Positions 41,202-54,182 are shown, counted from the first letter of the stretch. The stretch is 64,000 nucleotides of DNA from an uncultured delta proteobacterium (GCA_963816395.1 CAWFKQ010000006.1:68324-132323), one strand, 5' to 3'. Translations and numbers: made by a program. Notes: generated by a model not told the origin, from the letters alone.

Positions 41202-42554
41202 ATGGGGATTGCAGCGATGCTAACAACCCCGGAAACAATCAGGACGCTACAGAGGAAGCTCTATCGCAAGGCCAAGCAGGAGCCGGCCTGCCGCTTCCAC
41301 GCCTTGTACGACAAGGTCTACCGGGCTGATATCCTCAGTCACGCCTATGCCCTTGTCCGCGCCAAGAAGGGTAGCGCCGGCATTGACGGCGTCACCTTCG
41401 AAGTCATCGAGGCAAACGAAGGGGTCACCGCATTCATTGCGGAGCTGGAAGAAGCACTGAGAAACAAGACGTACAAACCCGATCCCGTCAAACGGGTCAT
41501 GATACCAAAGAGCGACGGCAGTCAACGTCCTCTCGGTATTCCGACTATCCGGGACCGGGTGGCGCAGATGGCCACAAAGTTGGTCATCGAGCCGATCTTC
41601 GAAGCGGATTTCTGCAAAACATCCTACGGATTCAGACCGAGGAAGTCAGCCCATGACGCAGTCGATGATGTTTCCAAGGCCATGAACACCGGCTACACCG
41701 AAGTCATCGATGCCGATCTTTCTAAATACTTCGACACCATTCCTCACGCCAATCTCATGACCGTGGTCGCCGAACGCATCTGCGACGGCGCGATCCTGCA
41801 CTTGATCCAGATGTGGCTCAAGGCGCCGGTTATGGAGGAGGACAAGGACGGGACGAAGCGGAATATCGGCGGCGGCAAGGGTAACTGCAGAGGGACGCCG
41901 CAGGGCGGGGTCATCTCACCGTTGCTGTCCAATCTCTACCTGCACCTACTGGACAGGATATGGGAGCGGAAGAACCTGCAACAACGGCTGGGCGCCCGCA
42001 TCGTCAGATATGCGGACGATATTGTCATTCTCTGCCGGCGAAGTAAGTCCGAGCAGGCCATGGCGGTTTTGCGGCAAATACTGGAGCGATTGGAACTAAC
42101 CCTGAACGAGGCAAAGACCAAAATAGTCAATGCTTACAAGGGACAGTTCGACTTTCTCGGATTCACGATGTGGATGGGAAAAAGCAGAAGGACGGGCAAT
42201 TACTACTCGCACGTCCAGCCGTCGAAAAAGTCCCTGAAGGCGATCGCGGGCCGCGTAACTGAACTCACAAAGAGAGTGAAAGCGCCCGTGCCGATTGAGA
42301 GGATTGTGAAGGAAGTAAATGCAGCCGTTCGCGGTTGGGTCGGTTACTTTCATTTCAAAAATTGTAGCAAGACGCTATCTCATGTGCGACAGCACGTGGA
42401 AGAGCGGCTACGAACACACCTTCGCAAGCGGCACAAGATCAAAGGCAGGGGGGCCGGGTTTGCCCGGTTCGGCAGCCGAATCCTCTACGAGAATTACGGG
42501 TTGTATAAGGTGCCGACAACAGCGGGTTGGACAAGGGCGCATGCCCTGCGGTGA
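41202..42554 (+). CDS. group II intron reverse transcriptase/maturase (no endonuclease domain)
   Basis: RT blocks GIDGVTFE, RPLGIPTIRDRV, FRPRKSAHDA and YADDIVILC. Maturase RGWVGYFHF. 450 aa. Confidence 0.92.
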   Translation: MGIAAMLTTPETIRTLQRKLYRKAKQEPACRFHALYDKVYRADILSHAYALVRAKKGSAGIDGVTFEVIEANEGVTAFIAELEEALRNKTYKPDPVKRVMIPKSDGSQRPLGIPTIRDRVAQMATKLVIEPIFEADFCKTSYGFRPRKSAHDAVDDVSKAMNTGYTEVIDADLSKYFDTIPHANLMTVVAERICDGAILHLIQMWLKAPVMEEDKDGTKRNIGGGKGNCRGTPQGGVISPLLSNLYLHLLDRIWERKNLQQRLGARIVRYADDIVILCRRSKSEQAMAVLRQILERLELTLNEAKTKIVNAYKGQFDFLGFTMWMGKSRRTGNYYSHVQPSKKSLKAIAGRVTELTKRVKAPVPIERIVKEVNAAVRGWVGYFHFKNCSKTLSHVRQHVEERLRTHLRKRHKIKGRGAGFARFGSRILYENYGLYKVPTTAGWTRAHALR

Positions 42555-42566
42555 AGAACATCGGAA

Positions 42567-42637
42567 AGCCGTGTGCGGGAGAACCGCATGCACGGTTTGA
42601 TGAGGGGGGGCAGGGTGACACCTGTTCTCTACTCTAC
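42567..42637 (+). ncRNA. group II intron ribozyme domains V and VI
   Basis: Domain V: AGCCGUGUGCGG-GAGAA-CCGCAUGCACGGUU with the AGC triad and a 2-nt bulge. Domain VI: GAGGGGGGGCAGG-GUGACA-CCUGUUCUCU-A-CUC. Confidence 0.7.
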
Positions 42638-42753
42638 CCTTTGGGCCCATGCAGAATTGACACAATTTCCGTGCTTCGGATAGTATTCAAGTCAGTAATA
42701 CAAAAAGGAGCACCGGTCAGCGAGGTGCTCGGGATGGAGGGAAAAACCTGCCG

Positions 42754-43405
42754 ATGATTCTTCGCCCGTCTTGAAAACCAACGCGGCTTCACCCTGCTGA
42801 TGGTGCTGGTGATGATCGTCATTCTCGGCCTGGCCGCCGGCATGGCCGGCTCCACCTGGAAGACGATCATGCAGCGGGAGCGGGAGGCGGAACTGCTCTT
42901 CCGCGGCGACCAGTACCGCCGGGCGCTCGAGAGCTATTTTCGCCAGGGTCACGGCAATGTGTCCTCCGGACCGGTCGTCACCGGTACCCCGGGGCGGATC
43001 GGGTCCGGGCCGGGCGGGGGGAATTATCCCGCTGCCCTGGAGGATCTGGTACGCGACCCCCGTTCGGCAACTGTTGTGCGGCACCTCCGTAAACTTTACC
43101 CGGATCCGTTTACCGGCGAGAACTTCGTGCTGATCAAAGATCCGGCCGGGCGGATTAAGGGGGTGAAGAGCGCCAGCACCCTGACGCCGTTCAAGGAGGA
43201 TGGCTTCGCCAAGGAATACATCGACTTCAAAGGCGCGGCCAGCTACGGCGGCTGGCAGTTCGTCTACGAGCCGGGGCGGAACCGCTCTCAGAACACCACC
43301 GGCGGCACCACCATTCAGGGCCTGCCAGGCCGCAATCCGGCAGGGCAGATGCAGCTTTCCAATCCCTTCCCGGCCATCCCCGGCGACGGCAACCCCTCCC
43401 AGTAA
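42754..43405 (+). CDS. orphan prepilin-type (GspG/H-like) N-terminal cleavage/methylation-domain protein; start displaced by one frame
   Basis: RGFTLLMVLVMIVILGLAAG motif just upstream of ORF 42800..43405. The only nearby ATG (42754) is in the +1 frame. Confidence 0.55.
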
Positions 43406-43514
43406 GACGCATTCCACCGCACGCTTCCGGTTTTTTTCATTTTTTGACCTGCATCATGTTTTAATCGTCGCCCAGCGGTTATCCTGCGGTCACGATTGAG
43501 AAAGGAGAAGCGCC

Positions 43515-43742
43515 ATGAACCTCAAGCATGATCTCGGAAGCCAGGCGATCCAGGATGTCCTGAAAGCCCATCCCCCCATCGGGGAGATCCTGTCCAGATT
43601 TGAAATCGGTTGCGTCACCTGCGGCGTCGGCATCTGTCTGCTGAAGGACGTGGTTGCCATCCATGCCCTCGGCCAGGAAGCCGAAGAGAAGATCGAGCAG
43701 GAGATCAACGCGTACCTGGAAAGCCTGGAAGAAACCGTTTAA
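43515..43742 (+). CDS. DUF1858 / redox-disulfide-type small protein
   Basis: 75 aa with CVTCGVGIC. AAAGGAGAAG SD. Confidence 0.55.
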   Translation: MNLKHDLGSQAIQDVLKAHPPIGEILSRFEIGCVTCGVGICLLKDVVAIHALGQEAEEKIEQEINAYLESLEETV

Positions 43743-43782
43743 CGATAAAAAACCATTAGAAACCAACAGAAGGAGATACGTT

Positions 43783-44241
43783 ATGAAAGATCACGCCTGC
43801 GCCTGCCCCGGTGCCCAAGTGCGAATCATCGAGAAGAAGGAAAACACCGAAACAGCCGCGACCGGCCGGATCGAGTCCGAACTGCGCCAGTGGCCGACCC
43901 AGCTGCAGCTGGTCCCTCCCTTCGCCCCCTGGCTGAAGAATGCGCACCTGCTGGTCGCCGCCGACTGCACCCCGTTTGCCTATGCCGAGTTCCACCGCGA
44001 TTTCATCAAGGGGCGGGTGCTGGTCAATGCCTGCCCGAAACTGGACGACACCACCCCGTATGTCGAGAAGCTGACCCAGATCCTGCAGCAGAACGAGATT
44101 CAATCGCTGACGGTGGCGATCATGGAGGTCCCTTGCTGCCGCGGCTTGGCGATGATGGCCCAGCGGGCCTTCGAGGCCTCGGGGAAGGAGATCCCCTTCG
44201 AGATCGCCGTGATCGGCGTCGATGGGGCGCGGAGAAGCTGA
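43783..44241 (+). CDS. uncharacterised Cys-rich protein (possible Fe-S or redox protein)
   Basis: Internal ATG of ORF 43654..44241, preceded by AAGGAGA. Cysteines at CAC, ADC, NACP and VPCC. Confidence 0.5.
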   Translation: MKDHACACPGAQVRIIEKKENTETAATGRIESELRQWPTQLQLVPPFAPWLKNAHLLVAADCTPFAYAEFHRDFIKGRVLVNACPKLDDTTPYVEKLTQILQQNEIQSLTVAIMEVPCCRGLAMMAQRAFEASGKEIPFEIAVIGVDGARRS

Positions 44242-44283
44242 TCACGCGTAACTGTTCAGTTCAGAGGAACGGGAAGGCTTCTT

Positions 44284-44372
44284 AACGCAAAGGGCGCAAA
44301 GAAGAACGAAGGCGCAAAGAAACCGAAGCCGAATTCTGATGTTCTTGATTTCAACCTTTGCGCCTTTGCGTT
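44284..44372 (+). repeat. purine-rich reiterated element with a 17-nt inverted repeat
   Basis: AACGCAAAGGGCGCAAAG (44284-44301), a third GGCGCAAAG copy, then CTTTGCGCCTTTGCGTT (44356-44372). Confidence 0.75.
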
Positions 44373-44402
44373 GAAGATTTAAGCCTTTGAAAGGAGCGAA
44401 AA

Positions 44403-44958
44403 ATGAAAACGGACGTCACCGCCCTGATGGTGGAGGAACACAAGCTGATTCTGCGCATGATCGCCGTGCTGGAAAAGAATACTGCCCTGATGGAGGCGGG
44501 ACGCTTTCGCGACTGGGGCTTTTTCCTCGATGCGGTCGATTTCATCCGCAACTACGCAGACCACTTCCATCACGCCAAGGAGGAGGACGTCCTGTTCAAG
44601 GCGCTGGTGGCGAATGGGATGCCGGAGCAGAACTCCCCGGTTGCGGCGATGCTGATGGCGCATGACCAGGGACGGGCTTTTGTCTGGGGGATGGAGGAAG
44701 CGGCCCAGAAGGCCGCTGGACGGCGAACCCGGGCAGGCGGCGGCAATCGCCGAAAACGCCCGCGGCTACATCAACCTGCTGCGCGATCATATCGACAAGG
44801 AAGACAATATTCTGTACAAGCTGGCCGAACGGGTTCTGCCCGAGGAAGTGCGCCCGGCAATGGTTGAGGCCTATCGGGCGGCCGAGGCGAAAACCTCGGA
44901 ATTGGGGGAGAAATACCATCGGCTGGTCGAGGCCTACGAGGCGAAGACGGCGGCCTAG
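44403..44958 (+). CDS. hemerythrin-domain protein (apparent frameshift near 44700)
   Basis: ORFs 44403..44867 and 44662..44958 join. HFHHAKEEDVLF and HIDKEDNILY metal-binding motifs. Confidence 0.75.
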
Positions 44959-44986
44959 GCGGCTCGTCCTCATTCAGGCAAGATGC

Positions 44987-45019
44987 AAAAAACCCCCGGT
45001 GACCGGCCGGGGGTTTTTT
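44987..45019. terminator. bidirectional intrinsic terminator AAAAAA-CCCCCGG-loop-CCGGGGG-TTTTTT
   Basis: 7-bp GC stem flanked by A6 and T6. Lies between the convergent hemerythrin and encapsulin genes. Confidence 0.8.
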
Positions 45020-45039
45020 GCATCTTTGCCGGCGGGGGT

Positions 45040-45876
45040 TTACTCGATGGTGCAGATCGCGTCCGCCCGGCGCACCAGCAGGGCGACCGTCTCGAAGACG
45101 CGGAAGATATGGTTCATGTTTTCCGAGGCGGTGTAGGATGTCACCAGATCCTGTCCCACCGCCAGGTTGAGGTTCTGCATGCCGGTGGCGACTACCACCG
45201 CCTTGTTGTCCCGGATGGCGGCCGAGGGATAGATCGGGCCGCGCAGCAGCGCCTTGACCTGGTCGAGTTCCAGCATGCCGGTGTTGCCGTAGACGCGTAC
45301 CGTCTGCCCGTACAGGAAAGGGCTGACCGCCATGGCGTAGGGACCGTAATGGCCGGCGGTGGTCAGGGCGTTCACCGCCTTGACGGCGTCCGCGAGCGGC
45401 CCCCCGCCTTCCTGCCAATCGCCGATCCCCACGGTCAGCCGCCCCTCGACGGTCAGCAGCCCTTTCTGCCCCAGATCGCCGTGGCCGTTGAAGACAAGCT
45501 CGTCCTCCTTGACCGCTACGTCGGCGGCGGCTACCGCCGCGGTGCTGACGTCGAGTGGGATGCCCAGGTGCCGGTCGGCTTCGACGTCCCGCCAGAAGAT
45601 TTTAAAATCCTTGAAGATAATCGGCATGTTGACGGTGATGCGGCGGTCCGCCTGAACGACCAGGTCGTCCCGGTCACCGATCATGTCGATCCCGACCTCC
45701 TTGCGCCCGCTGAAGACGGCATGCGGCATGCTGTAGACCCCGGGTCCGAGAGGACCGAGGACCTCAATCATCTTGCGCCCCACCAGCATGGTGCGGGCGG
45801 TCTTCACCACCGCCTCGTCGATACGCTCCCATTCCTCTCCGGTCAGCGGGGCCGATTTCCTGTCGAGTATATCCAT
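45040..45876 (-). CDS. family 1 encapsulin nanocompartment shell protein
   Basis: MDILDRKSAPLTGEEWERIDEAVVKTAR... 278 aa, linocin M18/encapsulin pattern. Internal ATG of ORF 45040..46008. Confidence 0.88.
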   Translation of the reverse strand: MDILDRKSAPLTGEEWERIDEAVVKTARTMLVGRKMIEVLGPLGPGVYSMPHAVFSGRKEVGIDMIGDRDDLVVQADRRITVNMPIIFKDFKIFWRDVEADRHLGIPLDVSTAAVAAADVAVKEDELVFNGHGDLGQKGLLTVEGRLTVGIGDWQEGGGPLADAVKAVNALTTAGHYGPYAMAVSPFLYGQTVRVYGNTGMLELDQVKALLRGPIYPSAAIRDNKAVVVATGMQNLNLAVGQDLVTSYTASENMNHIFRVFETVALLVRRADAICTIE

Positions 45877-45899
45877 AAACCCTCCTTCGTGCAGGTTGT

Positions 45900-46307
45900 T
45901 CAAACCTCCTGATCGCGGCGGAACAGATCGCCCACCGTTGGTGCCGAGGCTGGCTCTCCGGTTTCCCCGGCCTCGCCGGCTCCGTTTCCGATTCGGCAGA
46001 CCCTCCACCGAGTTTGGCCATCATCTCCCGCACTTCTTGTTCCCCCTCGGCGTAAAAAGCGTTCTCCTCGGGAGCCAGTGTCTTGAGCAGGGTCAGGAAT
46101 TCGCCGGCATGCACCAGTTCCTCGTCGGCGATGTCCTTGAGCACCGACCTGGGCGATCTCATTGTCGATCGACTCCGCCAACTGCATGTAAAGCTGGACC
46201 GCCTCGTATTCGGCCGCAACCATGTAGCGGATGGCCCGGACCAGCTCTCCCTGCGTCAGCTTGCGGGAAGCAGCCAGCCCGGAAAAGGCGTTTGCGAATT
46301 CAGGCAT
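45900..46307 (-). CDS. encapsulated ferritin-like cargo protein (EncFtn/Flp) with a C-terminal targeting peptide; two apparent frameshifts
   Basis: AAEYEAVQLYMQLAE and DIADEELVHAGEF ferritin-like EXXH pattern across frames 45900..46484 and 45764..46219. Tail PTVGDLFRR resembles known LTVGSLRR-type targeting peptides. AAGGAGGAG SD. Confidence 0.72.
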   Translation of the reverse strand: MPEFANAFSGLAASRKLTQGELVRAIRYMVAAEYEAVQLYMQLAESIDNEIAQVGAQGHRRRGTGACRRIPDPAQDTGSRGERFLRRGGTRSAGDDGQTRWRVCRIGNGAGEAGETGEPASAPTVGDLFRRDQEV

Positions 46308-46500
46308 AAAATCTCCTCCTTTGCAACATGTCACCGGAAGTTGTTCTCCGGCGCGTTCCTTCCATTGGTGGCTCACGTACAAAAAGATATCAGCCATTTG
46401 CAGGGATACAACCGGTGGCGGGAGGAATTGGGTGGTTTGCGGAGGGTATTTCAATCTCCAGCCTGGAATTTGTCCGGCTGGCATTTTTCGGCTAAACTCC

Positions 46501-46556
46501 AGTCAGGTAGTGAGTAGCCGGAATTACTACCTCACTATCTTACTACTCACTCGGGG
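46501..46556 (+). repeat. GTAG-rich periodic element related to the one after polA
   Basis: AGTCAGGTAGTGAGTAGCCGGAATTACTACCTCACTATCTTACTACTCACT. The 15-mer ACTACCTCACTATCT (46526-46540) differs at one base from 29621-29635. Confidence 0.75.
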
Positions 46557-46570
46557 TTACGGAGGTGTGA

Positions 46571-47071
46571 TTGGAACTCTATCTCATGCGGCATGGGCAG
46601 GCGATGCCCGGATCGGAGAATCCGGAGCAGCCGTTAAGTCGGGAGGGAGTGGCGCAGATCCAGGCTTCGGCGGCAGCGATGAAGCGGCTGGGAATAACTC
46701 TCGATGCGATCGTCTGCAGTCCGAAGCGGCGTTCGCACCAGACCGCGGCGCTGGTCTCGGAAGGGGTGAATTACCCCTACAGCGATATCATCCAGAGCGA
46801 GACGGTGCTGCCGACTGCCCCGGCCGGTGAAGCGATCGCTTTCCTGCGCCAGTTTCGGGAAAGCAGGGCGGTACTGATCGCCGGCCACCTGCCTTCGCTC
46901 GGCGAAATCGCTTCGGCCTTGCTTGCCGGCGGGGCGCCGGCGCAGGTCAAAATCCATTTCGACAACGGCAGCCTCTGTCGCCTTGATCTCCCTGATCCGT
47001 CAGTTCCAATGGCGGAGCTGCGCTATCATTTCCCGGCGGCGCAGATGCGCCTGATCGCAGAAAGGGGCTGA
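46571..47071 (+). CDS. sixA: phosphohistidine phosphatase SixA
   Basis: LYLMRHGQA catalytic RHG motif. 166 aa. TTG start 5 nt after GGAGG. Confidence 0.8.
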   Translation: MELYLMRHGQAMPGSENPEQPLSREGVAQIQASAAAMKRLGITLDAIVCSPKRRSHQTAALVSEGVNYPYSDIIQSETVLPTAPAGEAIAFLRQFRESRAVLIAGHLPSLGEIASALLAGGAPAQVKIHFDNGSLCRLDLPDPSVPMAELRYHFPAAQMRLIAERG

Positions 47072-47346
47072 CGGACAGCCGATAATCGGCGCGGGCGTCC
47101 GGCAGCGTTGACAGGTCACGATGGCCGGTGATAGGCTGCCAGGATTAAAACAATTCCGGGCCAAAGGAGGAACTCAGAGATGGACCAGCTGCGGATTCTC
47201 CTCGCTACGGCTCGGAAGCGCATCTGCCGCGGCGCCCTTTCCGATCGACCCAAGCCTCTTGCCACGTCCCCTGCCGGCCGACATTGCCCATCTTCCGCTC
47301 CACTTCGCCCAGGTAGTTTTCAATTTGCAGCGCACGATCTTGTGCC

Positions 47347-48103
47347 ATGAATGTCCACCTTTCCGACGCCATTATCCTGCGCCATTTCGATTATGGCGAG
47401 TCGGACCGCATCGTCACTTTCCTCACTCCGGATCAGGGGCGGCTGAAAGGGTTCGCCCGCGGCGCCCGCAACAGCCGGCGCCGATTCGGCCCGGCCCTTG
47501 AGCCTTTTGCCCGGGTGCGCCTGCACTGGAGCCTCGGCCGCGGTGAGCTGGTCACCCTCAAAGAGGCCGAACTGCTCGATCTGCGGGCCGGGCTGCGCGC
47601 CGACCTGGCGGCGATCGCCCTGGCCGGTTACGGCTGCGAACTGGTGGAGGAGCTTCTCGGGGAGGCGCACGGGCATCCGGGAGCCTTTGCCCTGCTGGAG
47701 GCCTTTCTCGACCATCTGACCGTGCACGGGGCAGCGCCCGAGGCCCGCCTGCTGTTCGAACTGCGCCTGTTGCAGGAGGCGGGCTACCTTCCGCACCTGC
47801 TGCACTGTGCCGAATGCGGGGTGACTCCTCCGCGACCCGGAAGCCGCTTTCGACCCGGTCCGCGGCGGCAGTCTCTGCCCCGCCTGCGCCGGCGTCGCCC
47901 GGCGCCTCTCCCTGGGCACCCTGGGGAGCCTGGCCCGACTGCTGCGGGCGCCGGCCACAGCCTTCGACGGGGTCCGATTGGGGGAACGCACGCTCGGGGA
48001 AGGCGGAACGGCCCTGTCGGCCGCCCTGCGCCAGCATCTGTCGCGCCCTCTGCGCAGCCTGCCGTTTCTCGATCAGGTGATGGAGAGAAGCTATAAGCTG
48101 TAA
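47347..48103 (+). CDS. recO: DNA repair protein RecO (apparent frameshift near 47825)
   Basis: MNVHLSDAIILRHFDYGESDRIVTFLTPDQGRLKGFARGARNSRRRF. After CAECG the third frame continues ...CPACAG...LPFLDQVMERSYKL to TAA 48101-48103. Confidence 0.8.
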
Positions 48104-48106
48104 GCG
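48086..48106 (+). repeat. three heptamers spanning the recO stop
   Basis: AGAAGCT ATAAGCT GTAAGCG. Confidence 0.55.
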
Positions 48107-48149
48107 GTTATCGGGGCTTTTGAACCACGCTTTTTAGTCGTGCAGAAGC

Positions 48150-48178
48150 TTGACAGTCAGGCCTCTGCAGGCTAAGAT
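48150..48178 (+). promoter_or_regulatory. sigma70 promoter TTGACA, 17 nt, TAAGAT for glyQS
   Basis: Near-consensus hexamers with 17-nt spacing. Confidence 0.55.
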
Positions 48179-48259
48179 CGAGACTTTTTATAATTGTATA
48201 CTGTATACTTTCGACCGGCTTCGGGCCGTGACGGAGGTTTACCCCCGGACGGAGGCACT

Positions 48260-49223
<964 letters not shown>

Positions 49224-49234
<11 letters not shown>

Positions 49235-51293
49235 ACTGTTCCTGGAAATTGGCACCGAAGAGATCCCCGCCGGTTTTCTGCCACCCGCCATGGCAGATCT
49301 GGAGCGGCTGCTGCGCCGCGAACTGGAGAACGCCCGCATCCGCTTCGAGAACGTGCGCACCTTCGCCACCCCGCGGCGGCTGGCGGCGGCGGTCAGCGGA
49401 GTTGCCGCCGAGCAGGAGCGGCAGGAGCTGACGACGGCCGGCCCCTCGGTCAAGGTCGCCTTCGATGCCCAGGGGAATCCGACCAAGGCCGCTCTCGGCT
49501 TTGCCCGCGCCAACGGCGTCGAGGTCGCCGACCTCTCCACCATGGAAACCGACAAGGGGGCCTATCTTTTCATCTCCAAGGTCCTGGAGGGGCGCCCCAC
49601 CGCCGATCTGCTGCCGGAGATCCTGCCCCGGGTGCTCGCCGCCATTCCCTTTCGCAAATCGATGCGCTGGAAGGACCTGGACGTCCGTTTCGCCCGCCCC
49701 ATCCACTGGCTCGTCGCCCTTTTCGACGGCATCGTCGTCCCCTTCTCCTTCGGCAACCTGCAGAGCGGCAATCTCTCCCGCGGCCATCGCTTCATGGCGC
49801 CGGCGCCTTTCCCGGTCCAGGGGGTGGAGAACTGGATCGAGGAGTGCGAGCGTCGCTTCGTCATCCCCGACCCGAAAAAGCGGCAGGAGATCATCGCCCG
49901 CGAAGTCGAGCGGGTGGCCCATGCCGCCGGCGGCAGGGTGAATGACGACCCGGAGCTGCTGGCGCAGGTCTCCTTCCTGGTCGAGGATCCAACCCCCCTG
50001 TGCGGCGCTTTCGAGGAGAAATACCTGGAGCTGCCACGGGAGCTGCTGATCACGACCATGCGCGAGCACCAGCGCTATTTTACCCTCGCCGGTCCGGATG
50101 GGAACCTGCTGCCGCGCTTCATCACCATCTCCAATACCCGCGCCGAAGATCCGGCGGTGGTGGTGCGGGGGAACGAGCGGGTACTGCGGGCGCGCCTGTC
50201 CGATGCCATGTTCTTCTGGGCCGAGGACCGCAAAATGAAGCTGGAGAGCCGCCTGGAGGCGTTGAAGCAGGTCGTCTACCAGGCGAAGCTGGGCACCAGC
50301 TACGAGAAGGTGATGCGCTTCCGCCAGCTCGCCGTCGGCCTGGCCGGGCAGCTCGACCCGTCGGTTCGGGACGTGGTCGACCGGGCGGCGCTCCTGGCCA
50401 AGTGCGATCTGGAGACCGGGATGGTTTACGAGTTTCCGGAACTGCAGGGGGTGATGGGGCGCGAATACGCCCGCCTGGAAGGGGAAGACGAGCGGGTGGC
50501 CAAGGCCATCTACGAACACTACCTGCCGACCCAGGCAGGCGGGGAACTGCCTTCCGACAACGTCGGCGCCTTCGTCTCCATTGCCGACAAGATCGACACC
50601 ATCTGCGGCTGCTTCGGGGTCGGCCTGATCCCCACCGGCACCGCCGATCCCTACGCCCTGCGCCGCAGCGCCATCGGCATCCTCAATATCCTCCTTGACC
50701 GCGGCTTGCGGCTCTCCCTGCCGGAGTTGGTCGACCGCAGCCTGTCCCTGCTGGCGGCCAAGCTCACCCGGCCGCTCGCCGAGGTGCGGGCGGAGGTGGT
50801 GGAGTTCTTCCGCGGCCGTTTCTTCCACATGCTCACCGCCCAGGAATGGCCGCAGGACGTGGTCGAAGCGGTGCTCGCCGCCGCCTTCAGCGATCCTCTC
50901 GATGCCCTGGCGCGGGTGCGGGCGCTGGCCGAGCTCAAGGGTCAGGAAAATTTCGAGCCGCTGGCGGTTGCATTTAAAAGGATAGTCAATATCATTAAGG
51001 ACGGCCTGGATCGGCCGGTCGACCCGACCCTCTTTCAGTCCCCATGCGAACAGGAACTGTACGGGGCGCTGCAGAAGGTGCAGGGCGAGGTCGAGGCGCA
51101 GGTTGGGCGCGGCGATTATGCGACGGCCCTGCAGGCCATCGCCACCTTGCGGGGGCCGGTGGACGCCTTTTTCGATGGGGTGATGGTGATGGCAAAGGAA
51201 GAGTCGGTGCGACAGAACCGCCTGGCCCTGCTGACCGCCGTTGCGCGGCTGTTCCGGGGGATCGCCGATTTCGCCCGGATCGCCGAAGTCTAG
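49224..51293 (+). CDS. glyS: glycine--tRNA ligase beta subunit
   Basis: Intact 689 aa. [20 protein letters not shown]-terminus typical of GlyS. Confidence 0.93.
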
Positions 51294-51295
51294 CC

Positions 51296-51311
51296 TGGCA
51301 CCGGGAAGGCA
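51296..51311 (+). promoter_or_regulatory. weak sigma54-like motif TGGCAC-N-GGCA
   Basis: GG/GC spacing is correct, but the -12 element is AGGC rather than TTGC. Located 170 nt upstream of ppdK. Confidence 0.2.
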
Positions 51312-51481
51312 GAGGACGCCTGTTCGCAGGTGTCCGCGAGGGGATTTCGGCCGGCCCGTTCGACGCCAGCCGGTAAATTTTGGGTGTTTTATTCACTTTA
51401 CTAAAAAAGCTGGAGGAAGATTTAATGGCAATCAAGGCAGAGAAGGAGAGGCTCAAGGTCGTCAAAGAGGAGGAGACCGCG

Positions 51482-54145
<2,664 letters not shown>

Positions 54146-54182
54146 GGCGCAGCACCCCCAAGCCCAACTGTGTGTGGCATGC

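Larger units (their letters stand above)
40726..42637 (+). mobile_element. bacterial group II intron (about 1.9 kb) with an internal RT/maturase ORF
   Basis: 5' GUACG at 40726, ORF in domain IV, domain V at 42567-42599, domain VI with a bulged A at 42631, 3' end CUAC at 42637. Removing 40726-42637 restores the inverted repeat. Confidence 0.8.

Noticed and set aside
41202-42554. Reverse transcriptase as a retron or diversity-generating retroelement
   Set aside because: A maturase X-domain motif (RGWVGYFHF) is present. Canonical group II domains V and VI lie directly downstream. There is a GUACG 5' end, and no msr/msd-like or TR/VR repeats.
46479-46493. sigma54 promoter TGGCAT-N-GGCT upstream of sixA
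   Set aside because: The GC of the -12 element is one base too close to the GG, and the -12 sequence is poor.
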